Below, piece by piece: positions 50,326 to 62,100 of a stretch of DNA of 64,000 nucleotides. Numbering within the stretch: position 1 is the stretch's first letter; each line of letters starts with the position of its first letter. This DNA is from Blasia pusilla (Eukaryota). Location: assembly GCA_050084515.1 (NCBI GenBank), contig CM114271.1:27342001-27406000 (forward strand). Direction: 5' to 3'. The notes beneath the pieces were generated by a model, which was not told the DNA's origin, made no database searches, and saw nothing but the letters and a program-made list of their open reading frames with translations. The translations under genes and the position numbers were made by a program.

Positions 50326-53300
50326 CTCCGGCGGATATCGCCATACAATGGGTGTAGTATCCAAAGGGATAACCCAATCGGGCAGAAGTAGGAGTCCGTG
50401 GGGCCTCCTCTTCCTCGTGAGGTATAACAGACCTCACACCAAGCCTCTGCACTAGGCGATCGCCTCTGCCGTAGTGCACCGCTTGAACTCCAAAGTGGCA
50501 CATCCAACGATGAGGATGCCACTGCTGCAAAAATAGGGACCTCCTCTTCCTCCTCATGCGCAGGAGAATCCATAGAAGAAACAGTACCCTCCAAAAAGTC
50601 TCCTGGCCAAGTGACTACTCCACTAAAACCAGCCACGATGCTAACTTTGTTGGGAAGACCCTCTGGTCGAGCCCCGTAAATAAATCTCACAGAACTTGGC
50701 TCATACGTCCATCCGGACGCCAACCTGGTCTATAAGACGCTGTCTCGATCCAATAATCCATTTGAAAACCCATCGGGTACAATCGCTCCTCCAACTAGTA
50801 CATCATACGACTCGGCTGATGTGACTACCGCAGATACTCCCAATCGGGAGCTATCAGTCGCATGATCTGGTCTCAACTGTACAGAAAAATTCTCCCGTGT
50901 CATGAATTGAGACCTATCATTGGCTCCTCCAAGTGATGTTTGAATGTGGAATGGGCAAGGCTCAAGCTCTGACCTCCGAATACCCAAACCAATACATGCC
51001 GCCTTTCCCAACATCAAAGGTTGGGCACCAGAGTCTAACAAGACTCTATCTGGTCTATACACATGTCTTGTAGGACTCACCAATCGGAAGATCCCACTCC
51101 GGTTGTCCAACGTACATACACCAGGTGTAAGCCTCTCACGATCAATGGCTGGCCAGCCTGGTAATGCATCCATCTTCGCCGCGCCGCCTGGCAAGTAGCA
51201 CCGGTACTCAATGCTACTCGACATAGAGGGTCGCTCCACCGCAACGCCTCATCCACCTCAACACGTGCAAGAATAACACCCCCACGTTCACACAACGTGG
51301 TCGCTAATCAAATACTGAGAGCTAAGTCAATTCCTAAAGCCATCACTCCGTGGCGAAAACAATGGGAATCCCAACATGAAGTTGCCATCGCAATCTTGCA
51401 TTGATCTTTGCATCCGTGTCTACTACACGCGATGTAGATGCCTCGATCCCCACTGCCGGCTCAATAGGTGCGTGAGGAACCATGGATGGAGTCATAAGCA
51501 CCTCGGACAACAAGAATGATGGGAAGCCTAGCTCGCCTCCCGGCCTCACCCCTCTGTGGGTCCAACTCCACAAAGAGCACCACGTGGCTCGACGCTCGAG
51601 TGGCTCCTCTCAGAATCGCTGCCGGGTGATGCCTCAACCTGTCTTTGCACTCGCCATATAAGAGAGATCATCCCCTCCGTAAGAGGTGGAAGCCCTTGCT
51701 CCCGAACTGATCTATCTTTGGATACCTAGTAGCCAATTCTGCTCCGGCTCAATCCTGGTAGCCATAGCGAGCTCAGTAGTGGTAGGGGTAGCCACCGTGA
51801 GGCTCTCCAACCACTGGTCCACCTCTACCACCCCTACCACCCCTACCACCTCTACCACCTCGGCCTCCGGAGCTACTCCACCACGGCCACGGCCTGATCT
51901 CAACTCGGATGAAGATCAAAGCAACGCTCTCGAGGATGACCTAGTCTCCCAATGATCACACTGAGTTGGGGCCGACGAGGCCCATCCTCCAAAGTCCGTC
52001 TCCCATCCTCTTGGGGACAAAACTTCCTAACATGATCACCTCCACATGTCCAACATGACTGTCCCTTCTTTGTGGGGCAGCAAATGAAGGCAATGGTCTC
52101 TACACAAATGTCCCTCTAGGACTTGTGAGGTCGCATGTACCCCCACGACTCCCCTACTACTACCACCACCACTACTATGAGGGCGTGAGGTGGGCGGCTG
52201 AACACGAGAAGTAGTAGTTGTATCCCTCTTGAATGCGGATGTCACCACTCTCTCCTTCACCATGTTAAGCTCAATCTTCTCAGATAGAGCAAACACATGG
52301 GTCAATGTGGGTGAATCATCACTCATAAGAGTAGCATCACGCACCCTACGGCGCAAATCTCTCCAAGATCCCATACCAAAACTGGATTGCCTGATCCTCG
52401 TCACACCCAGGTAATTGAAATCAAGCGCGTGATACGCGTGTATGCCTCACAAAGACTCTCACCAGTCTTTCGCTCAAAGTCTTGAAGATTCCTCAACTTC
52501 TCCGTCTTCACTCCTTGATAGTTCTTCTTCAACCTCTTGAAGAACTCTGCAACCGGGCTAAACGATGGTGGGGCACTAGTACCTCCACTAGTACCCCCAC
52601 TAGTACCTCCACTGGTACCCCCACTCCGGCTCGCACTACCACCACCGGGCTCGGGTCATTTGGGTGGCATAGTAGGAGCACTACTACCAATACCACCATG
52701 GGTGATAGACACATAGCCTGGAGACCAATATTGTCTCCATGCCTCAATCTCAGCAACATGGTCCTTCCTAAACTCATGGTAATCATCCATGGGTGGTCCT
52801 TCCAAGTGCTGAAACAACCCCTTCCAAGCCAAGAAGGGTGTAAACAACGTGGCGTTCCGCAACATCTGCATATCACACCACGTATCAAACTCCTGCATGA
52901 AGTCCTCCAACTCAATGGTACCCACTGCACCCGAGTATCGTCGTGGGCCCTTCATGGCCCCATATCCACCGTCCATGTCCCAAATCAATGGAGCTGCAAC
53001 ACTCGATAACAACGTAGAAGACTCGGTGTTTGGAACACCCTCGTCCTCCTCTTCATCAACCGTCGGAAGTGGAAAAGGTAGCCGATACCTAAATCCACTC
53101 CGTGTGAAACCACCACCCTAAACCACGGTCCCCAACCAGACCACCCGACAGCTCCGTGATGACCAACGCCGATGCCGCACCACCACCAAATTACCAAGTG
53201 ACGTCGATGTCGCTATACTATTCTAGCTCTACTAGCTATGGGTGTAGGCAACCTAACTTGTCATCACCACAAGAAGTCTCCCACAATCTACTCGTCATCC

Positions 53301-53884
53301 CTCTAGCCTCACTACCGGTAGCACACAGGAGTAACACTACTCGAAATCAGCGTCAACCCTAACAATGGGCGCAAGCAAAAGCACGATGGAGGGATCCAAA
53401 CACAGAAATCCAACGACAACCCTCCAATCGCAAATGGAAATCAAGGTAACACAATCCACCAAACGTGGTGCCCTCTGAATCCACAAAACCCACCACACAA
53501 TTCTAACGCAATAGCTACTCCGCGCTGGTCGATGACGTGCTAGTAACGAGCAAAGACCTGAAAATATCACATGCATGGAGAGGCTACACCGTACTATGCG
53601 CTAGAGGTACATCAACCAAAAACCTGAGATGCATAAAGCGCCTAACACATCTCCAAACATAACCAAATGAGCTACAACAGTCTGTACACTGGCATAGTTA
53701 AGAACTCGGCAGTTAAGAGTCCTCCAGGCAGAATAGCCCCAAGATGGGTGACCAGTTATGCAAAACTAAAATCCCAAATCCTGCAAAAATTGCCTCTCGC
53801 CCAAGCAAGCAAGCTTGCTTGCTTGCTTCTTGCTCCGCCTCTCACGCCCACTCGTCCCGAGCTACCACGAGTTGCCTCGAAGAT

Positions 53885-54240
53885 TGCTACAAGGAGCAGC
53901 GGAGGCAGTCAAGAAGACCTACATTTATAGTGGACTTCATGACGGACATCGATTTATCCCCCTAGCCATTGAGATGTACGGGGCTATGGGGGAGAGGTTT
54001 GACTCGTTCTTTACGGATTGCGCCCATGATCTCTAGTCTAGAAATGGGTTGTCCTTAGCCACTGCGATCCTTTATTGTAGGCAACGGGTCTCCATAGCTT
54101 TGCAGCGTGCCCAGGAAAATGGGCTTTTGCGGTGGGCTCAGGCGGTTGGAGATGCCAATGCTAAAAGCCCTCTTAGTAGTAGTCATAGTTCTCTAGGTGT
54201 TGCTGATATTCTCTCTGCTGTCGATGATTTAAATCGTTAA
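53885..54240 (+). mobile_element. Non-LTR retrotransposon, CRE-like, segment 3 (C-terminal half of the restriction-like endonuclease region)
   Basis: AAEAVKKTYIYSG...RFIPLAIEMYGAMG...YCRQRVSIALQRAQ...; TAA at 54238-54240, followed by a GGGCC/GGCCC hairpin and a T-rich tail. Confidence 0.75.
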
Positions 54241-55379
54241 GGGGCCGGTTTTGGCCCTTTGAGGTCTTTTTTTTTGGCTCTCTTTGCTCCCTCATTTGTA
54301 TCCTGATGGGTTTCCCATCATATTTGGGGTTCCCATCATATTTTCTATTTATTATTACATTTCTTCACGAGGGAGCCCTGTAGCGCGGACCATACCGCAG
54401 TTCGCGCTCATGATCATCAGAATCCCGACTCGAGAAACCCGCACAGGCCATGCACAGAATACGCAAGGAGTAAATATATAAATAAAATAATAAGTAAAAC
54501 GCACACTCTGAGTGCTGTGCTTATGATCGTTCTGTACAGACGGCTCTGCCTTAATCCATGTGAACTGGACGGACGAACGGAGGGATGGATGACATCGATG
54601 CGCTTACACTGGCAATTCCGTGGAATTGCTGCTGAGTCCTTCTGTTCGTCGCCGTTTGAGTCGACAGACAGACAGTAAGTAGGCTGTGACAGCCTACCTG
54701 TTTGACACACACACGGAGCTGATAGATGGCAGAGACGAGACAAATGGAAATATAGGCTCCCAACGTACGCCAGGTTTTAGAGTCTGGCGAGAAGCACGAC
54801 TGAAGAAATGAAGGGAGGGATGGTGGGAGCTAATGTCACCTAATTCCCTTATTTCATGGAAGAGTGCTAGGTCCTGTCTGTCTCCGTGCCGAGACAAGGC
54901 ATCCTCATTGACTCTGTTTGGGTGGTAGGTACCATATCTACAAGCAATCTCCATGCCAGCGTATGGAGTATGCCACATCTATTCTCTACAAGCAAGCGCT
55001 ATGCCAAGATTTGAAGGGGCGTGTTCGACTCTATTCGGGTCATGTCTACTCTGTACAAGCCGTTGTTGTTTGCTGCTGCTGCTACCTAGCTTCTTCTTCC
55101 TCTTCTTCTCCATGGATTTGGCCTATAGATCTTATATCCATGCTCAGATGCCCAAACACATGTCCCATATACTGCAAAACATGTGAGGAAGACCCGAAGC
55201 ACAAACGCCGGAAAGTGTGCTGCAAATGCTCTACATGTGGAGAAACCCTACTTGAGAAATGGGTGAGGGTGGACTGGAAGGTGCCTCACGTCTTAAGAGA
55301 CTCTAAGAAAGCAGAAATGAATGCCGAAAATGTCTGCTGCCACAAACTCTGTAACATCTGGAGCAATCCTATTGCAGAA

Positions 55380-55910
55380 ATGCCCAACGGTCTGGTCTGT
55401 CTGGTCCACATTGTGCAGCGACTGCAGCACCCGAGAGCAGAAACGTCGGAAGGGTACGTCGACGTAGTCCAACAGCTGCAGAAGCCGTAGCGCACAGATG
55501 CCAGAAGGTCTTGTCCACCATCTGCGGAAACCACACAGCAGAATATGGCGAAGGGTTTGCTCCACATCCTCCGACAATGGCAAAAACCATAGAGCCAAAA
55601 ATGCCGACAGGTCTTGTCCAAATTGTCCAACATCTGCAGAAACCCACCCCAGTACAGAAAAGCTGAAGGGCCTTGTCCACCTTGTCCAACATCTGCCAAA
55701 ACCCGAGAACAAAAATGCCGAAAGGGCTTGCTGCTTGGTCGACATCATCCAACATCGTCCACCATCTGCAGAAACCATGGAGTAAAATACCTTATGCTCT
55801 GCTCCACATTCTCTTATGTCTGCAGAAACCCTATGGTCCAGAAAGGTCTGGTCCAACAACTGCCCAAACCTTCGAGCAGGAATGCCGAAAGGGGCCTGCT
55901 CCAAATTCTC
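55380..55910. repeat. Degenerate tandem repeat (TTGTCCAACATCTGCAGAAACC...AATGCCGAAAGGG units)
   Basis: GTCCA(A/C)CA(T/G)CTGC..AA.CC and AATGCCGA recur roughly 8-10 times. Confidence 0.7.
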
Positions 55911-56100
55911 TAAAGTCTTAAGGCAAAAAGCAATAAAGTCGAAGGTGCTGCTTCAAATTCTCCCAACCCCATCGCTGAAATGCCCAAAGTTAAGCTCTCT
56001 TTTCTTGGGAATCCGAGAAAGCTTTGTGAAGCTTTGTCTCCCTTCTCGCTTTGCATTGGAGTGAGGAATTGAGGCTACCCTCAACCTCAAGAGCCACCCA

Positions 56101-59100
56101 TTAGTTTTGAGCGGCTTTGTTTTGGAGCTTGATGAGTGAGAAGTAAGCCCCGCCCTCTCCCTTGGACAGCAACTCATTGTGTGTTCCTTGCTCGAGGATG
56201 CATCCACTTTGAATGACTGCAATTGTATCGCAGTGCTGGATCGTGGAGAGACGATGAGCTACAACAATTGTAGTCCGTCCCACCATGATTCTGTCGAGTG
56301 CATCTTGCACAACCTTCTCCGAGTGGGCATCCAAAGCGCTGGTTGCTTCGTCTAGTAGAAGTATAGCAGGGTTCTTCAAAATCGCTCGGGCAATGGCAAT
56401 TCTCTGCTTCTGCCCTCCGGACAGCTGCACCCCCCTCTCTCCCGTGTTGGTCTGGAACCCATCCTTCAACGAGCTGCAAGCGAGTCATTCAATCCTCCGA
56501 TGGTCAATTGCAGTTGATCGTCAGCAATGCAACGAGCCTCAGAGTGGCCATGGTGACTACGAGAGAGAGACTGACTAACTCTTCCACTCCATTCTTTGAA
56601 CCCTTAAGGTGGCAGAAGCTAATCACCAGAGGAGCTCTGGTGAATCTGAACAAAGAACGATTCAAGCTCAAGAATCCACAGGACTGCAGAAGTGGAAGAT
56701 GTGTTTTGTGGTGCAAAATGAGAGACCTGATGAAGGAGAACGCGTTGGCTGCTTTGGCAGCTTCCACAATCTCGGTCTCGGTGGCGTTGTCCCTGCCATA
56801 TGCAATGTTGTCCCTAATGGTTCCAGAAAACAACGTGGGCTCCTGACCAACCAGAGCTATGTGCGATCTCAGCGTTTGCAGATTCCAGTCTCGAATGTCC
56901 ACATTATCCACCTTTATCTTTCCCTTGAGAGGGTCGTAAAATCTGCCACCCATCACCCAGAGACAGATTCAAAACTACTTAGTAGTTTCATCAGATGAGC
57001 TACACATGTCTATGTTCCGCTCAGCAGAACCAAAATCTGGCTGCCTCAGCTGATGATTTTATGGAAAATGTGCCTTTCGCTGGGTTGTGTCAAATCTTCT
57101 TCTTCATCGATGAAAAGACCTCGATCTCGACAGCGAAAAGGCGAAAATAAAGAAAGAAATAAAGAAAGAAAGAAAAGGCGAAAACAAAGAAGAAAACGAA
57201 AAGAAAGTAGTAATCAGACAATGCTACACAGGTCAGTTGATAAAGCTGGTTCCATCAGCAGCTGATGATGATTTGTGTGAAATACACTTCATCGTCGATG
57301 TCTAGATGCGATGTGGAGGGTAATCACCTCTCGATCAAACCGATGATGGTGGATTTCCCAGAGCCACTCTGGCCAACGAGAGCAACGTTCTTGCCAGCTT
57401 TGACTTTGAGGTCGAAGTCTTTGAAGACGAGGATGTCAGGGCGAGCAGGGTAAGCAAAACTGACATCTTTGAGCTCCACATGACCTTGGACAGAGTCAGG
57501 CTTGTGGCTATTTTCATCGTCAGGTTCGATCTTGGTCTTCCTGTCGAGGATTCCAAAGAGTGTAATGATCGAGTTAGCTCCCTTGGCCAGATCTGATGTC
57601 ATGCTCCCTGCCTCTGCAATCATCCTTCCCGATGCCACCAGGATGAAGAAACACTTGAACAGATTCCCGAAGCTCAGCTCGCCCTTCTTCACGAGCTGGC
57701 CTCCCCACCAGAAGTCCAGAGCCCAAGTACAGTAGGTGCACATGGTGGCCGCCCCCAGGCCGATCCCCGCTATGGTGGCCCTCTTTGCAGCTTCTTTCTC
57801 AGGGGAAGCTTGCATGTTTCGGAACATGGCCATGACCTTTGCCTGGGCAGAGTAGGCAGTGATTGTTCGATGGTGGATCACTGCTTCGCTTGCAACCTGG
57901 TTCACTTCCTCCTGAGCTTCCAGCGTTAGATGGTACATGCTTTTCAGAAGGACCTTCTTGGCGTAGTAGCAAGTGATCACCAGAGGTTGGACGGCGATCA
58001 TCACGATTGCCAGCCTCCAGGAAATGATCAGCCCACCGATGCAGCCCAAAAGAATCGCTGCAGAGGTCTGGATGAGTAGAGAGATCCGGTCTCCCACCAG
58101 AGATCGCACCTGCACACATTCATCCAGCCATTGAGTCATCCAGTCAGTGATTGAAGGAATGAATCAGTCAGTCAGTCATTCTACCTGGTCGATTCGATCC
58201 ACTGTACTTCTTCTAGTGGATTGCACTAGCTCTCGTCTTGTTCTCCCAACCGATTGTACACGTTACGTGATTCTTATTCTTCCCATGGATTTTTCATGTT
58301 TTTCTTTTTCTTCTTCTTTTCCTCATGGATTGTAGTGTGATTCTTCCACGTCCCATACAGTGTATAACCTCTCTGATTCTTCTTCCTCTTCTCACCATGG
58401 AGTGTAATTCTTTTGTGATTCTTCTTCTTCTTCCTCCCATACATGGATTGTACTAGCGCTGTGATTTCTCTGCTTCCCATACAGTGTATAAGCCCTCTAA
58501 TTCTTCTTCTCATTGACTGCAGTGCAGTATCTCTCTGATTCTCCTCCTCCTTCTTCTTCTCCCCATGATTGTACATTTTATGTGTTTCTTCTTCTTCTTC
58601 TTTTTACTAAGGATTGTACTAGCACCTGCGATTCTTCGACTTCTCAAACTGTCCATAACCCCTCTGGTTCCTCTTCTCATAGATTGCACTAGCTCCGTGA
58701 TTCCTCAACTTTCCATACGGTGCATCTGCTCTCTAATTCTTATCCTCCTACTCCTCATAGATTGCACTACCTCTCCCTTTCTTCTCCCCATAGATTATTC
58801 TAGTTTCTTTATTTTACTTTTCCCTTCCGTTCTAGCTGTTCCTCTCCCCATAGATCGTGCAAACTTTTCCACCCTTCTTCATCTTCTCCTCCTCAAAGTT
58901 CTGCTGACTCCACTTCTCCCAACAGATTGCACATCTCTGAATGTTTCACTGCTGTAGACAGGCTCAAGGTTTAACAACGACGATAGCAGATCATTGATCT
59001 CGAGAGATCTGAAATAAGAAGAGGAGCATAATGATGTGGTAGAGAGTACTCACGACAGTAGCCTCAGTGGCGAGGCGTCCACAGATAGCACCGCTTGAAT

Positions 59101-62100
59101 TCTCCTCGCGATCGAACCATCCCACCTCAAAAGTGAGGACTTTGGCCAACATCCGCTCCCGGATTCTCTTGGTGAGCAGCTCCCCCATGGCTGCGAAGTT
59201 GTAATGCTGCAGATAGTTGACGATGAAGCAGGCCACAGCCAGACCCTCGAAAATCAACGCATAAGTTGTCACCTCTCTTCTCAGCTTGTGATGGTCCGTT
59301 ATATACAATGTCGATATCATACTCCCCAGAATAAAAGCGTAAGTGGGCTGCACCACTCCGAACCCTATCGCCCCCAGCGATCCCACCACTCCCTGCTTCC
59401 ATTCAGGTCTGTTCATGGCCAGCAATCTCCTGAACGATGGGGGCTTGGGATGCACCGGGTCCACATCGGGAAGGCCAGGGAGATTTAGGGAGAGAGAGGG
59501 ACGAGGAGAAGAGATTGAGGGTCGAGGAGATGAAGAAGAGAATCGGATTCTTTGGGAAGCTCCTCCCGAACTGGCTCTCCAGCTGCCTGTGCCCTTCTCG
59601 AACTCCAGGCTGATTTTTGGGGTTCGGCCGTCTGGTTCGTGCTCGTCAGTCCTGCTACGACTCTGCTGGAGATTCACCAATGCTGCGTATGCTCCCCCTT
59701 CGATCCTCGAAAGACTGTCGTGCGAGCCCTGCTCCACCACCTGCCCACCTGCAATGGGTCCAATTCCATTCATTCCCCACTCTCATACACTCTAGCATCT
59801 ACATTCTTCTTCTACTCTCCAATTCGCCATTGGATCCCATTCTTTTCCATTCCACATAACCGTTGACTGTCTTGAAAGGGATTCAGACGATTCAGCACTG
59901 TCACACGTTTTCATCCAGATTTTTCTTCTTATTTTCTTTCATTCTCTTCTCCCATTCGCTCATGTATCCCGCTCAATTCATTGCACACACACTCAGTGAC
60001 TTTATTAACGGCTCTGCACACACTCTTTCATGTAGATTTCTGCTTCTTCTTGCCCATGCATCCCATGCCACGTACTTCTTTCTTTCTATGGAAAGCGATT
60101 CAAAAAAGGCTCTGCACAAACTCTTTCAATCTAGATTCTTCTTTTTCAACTTCAGGTGCACATGCCCAGATGTTCGTTCATATAATATATGCAAGAGTTC
60201 ACTGGTTCATGTTAATGCCCATGGGGCCGTCTGAACCCTATGGAAAAGATGCCAGCAACTGAACCGGTGCAGTAGCTTCCCTGACCATATTCTCTTCTCA
60301 CGTAATTCATGTTCTATATGTATATGGAAGCTGGGCACCAACACACTCCGTAGACACAGTCATCATATGATACTTTCTCACTTTTCCCCCCCTCTGCCCC
60401 CATCACAGGTTTCCAGCCCAGTCCAGCCTGACGTCTATGGTGGCAAGGCCACAACAGGGGACTGCTTCCTGACTTGTGTGTGCATTTATGTAGAGTGATA
60501 AGAGGAATGGAAAAAGCTGTGGACCCGGATGTACACATGTGTAGGTATGTAGATAAAGCTGGAGGTTGAGATTTAAGCGAGATTGCACTAAATCAGATGA
60601 ACAGGTGAAGAATCGATGGTAATTGTGATGTGAGATATGTACCTGAGACGACAGCAATTATGTTGGCGTTTTGAATGGTGGAGAGGCGATGGGCGACGAT
60701 GACTGTCGTTCGTCCCACTGAAGCAGCATCCAGAGCTTCTTGGACCACTTTCTCTGATTCCGAATCCAGTGCACTGGTCGCCTCGTCCAGCAGAAGAATT
60801 GGTGGATTCTTCAGCAGTGATCGAGCTATGGCGATTCTCTGCTTCTGCCCACCAGACATCTGCACTCCTCGCTCTCCCACCTGTGTACGAAAACATGTCA
60901 CAGTTCAGTTTCTCCCATATGCTGTAAGCTGTAGCAGCGCGTTCAACAAACTCTTCCGAATCTGATGGCCGAAATGATATCCATGGAGATGTGCCTTTGA
61001 ATCGTTGCCACGAAAGACCGGCACGATGAATCTCCTTTCAGATCTGCTGATGAATCCTCAAACAAAGAAGAAGGTATATCTGGATGGAGCAAGAATAAAC
61101 TTTTCGAAAGAGTCTGTTCAGGAGGAAATTCGACTAGACCTTCGTCCGAATATGATGAATTGAACGATCATCCAACCCACCTGAGTATCGTAGGTCTCGG
61201 GAAGCATGGAAATGAAGTTGTGGGCATTGGCAGCTTTGGCAGCAGCGATGATTTCCTCCATGGAAGCACCGTCCTTGCCGAACAAGATGTTCTCCTTGAT
61301 GGAGGTGGCAAAGAGTGCAGGCTCTTGGCTCACGAGCCCGATTTGGGTGCGCAGCCACTTCAGCTGAAAATCCTTGATGTTGATGTCGTCGATCAGCACT
61401 TGGCCTGCCAGAGGATCATAGAATCGCTCCAACAGAGCTATCACGGTCGATTTTCCAGACCCACTTCCTCCGACCAACGCCAGTGTCGATCCTGCACTCC
61501 CACATATCCAACTTCACTTCACTTACTTTCATTCATGCACTCACTCACTTGACTTCCATTCATGAATGAGCCCTTCCTTACATCTAACAGTTTCTGCTTT
61601 GAACGAGTCTTATCTATGTGTTTGTCTATGGAGATCACGTTTGGTTACATTTTGTTTTTCTCTCTCTCCATCAGGTGTTGTTCGTTCGACTTGAGTGCGA
61701 TTTATGTTCAAGTCCACATCGAGAAGTGAATCATGTTCACTTCGTATGTATGAAGATTACTCTCAGTGTTGTGTTTTTCTTTTGTTTTGTTTTTTTCTTT
61801 TCCCCTTTTCATCATCAAGAGTTCACTGGTTCATATCAATCCTCTTGTGGCTGTCTCGACCCTATGGAAAGAATCTCTCCTGCCCAGCTAGAGACACGAA
61901 GATCGTGTGTTTACGTGTGTGATTTGACTCCATTTCCAAAATTAAATGACGTATTCGAAAAACATCCAAATGTCGGAATGAAACAAATACCTCATTAAAA
62001 AGCTCAAGAAAATGATATTCGACTTAGAGGAATGCCACTAAAACACACCCATTGATTAGGTTCCTTGCAAGAGGGGAAAAAATAAATCTCTCTTTAAGTT

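Larger units (their letters stand above)
45301..53880 (-). mobile_element. Ty3/Gypsy LTR retrotransposon encoding a DNA methyltransferase and a PHD finger; 5' LTR absent; decayed
   Basis: Minus-strand order: gag (about 53000-52000), PR (VLLDSGAQ, 51239-50730), DNMT (50325-49385), RT (DKYAMPTP, LPFGLKNAP, CYIDDILV), RH (FQLHTDWS, SSYEGEC), INT (RWSVDFMG, VMVENFSKW), PHD. PPT GGGGGGCGA near 45887-45895, then LTR starting TGTGG at 45884. Confidence 0.93.
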
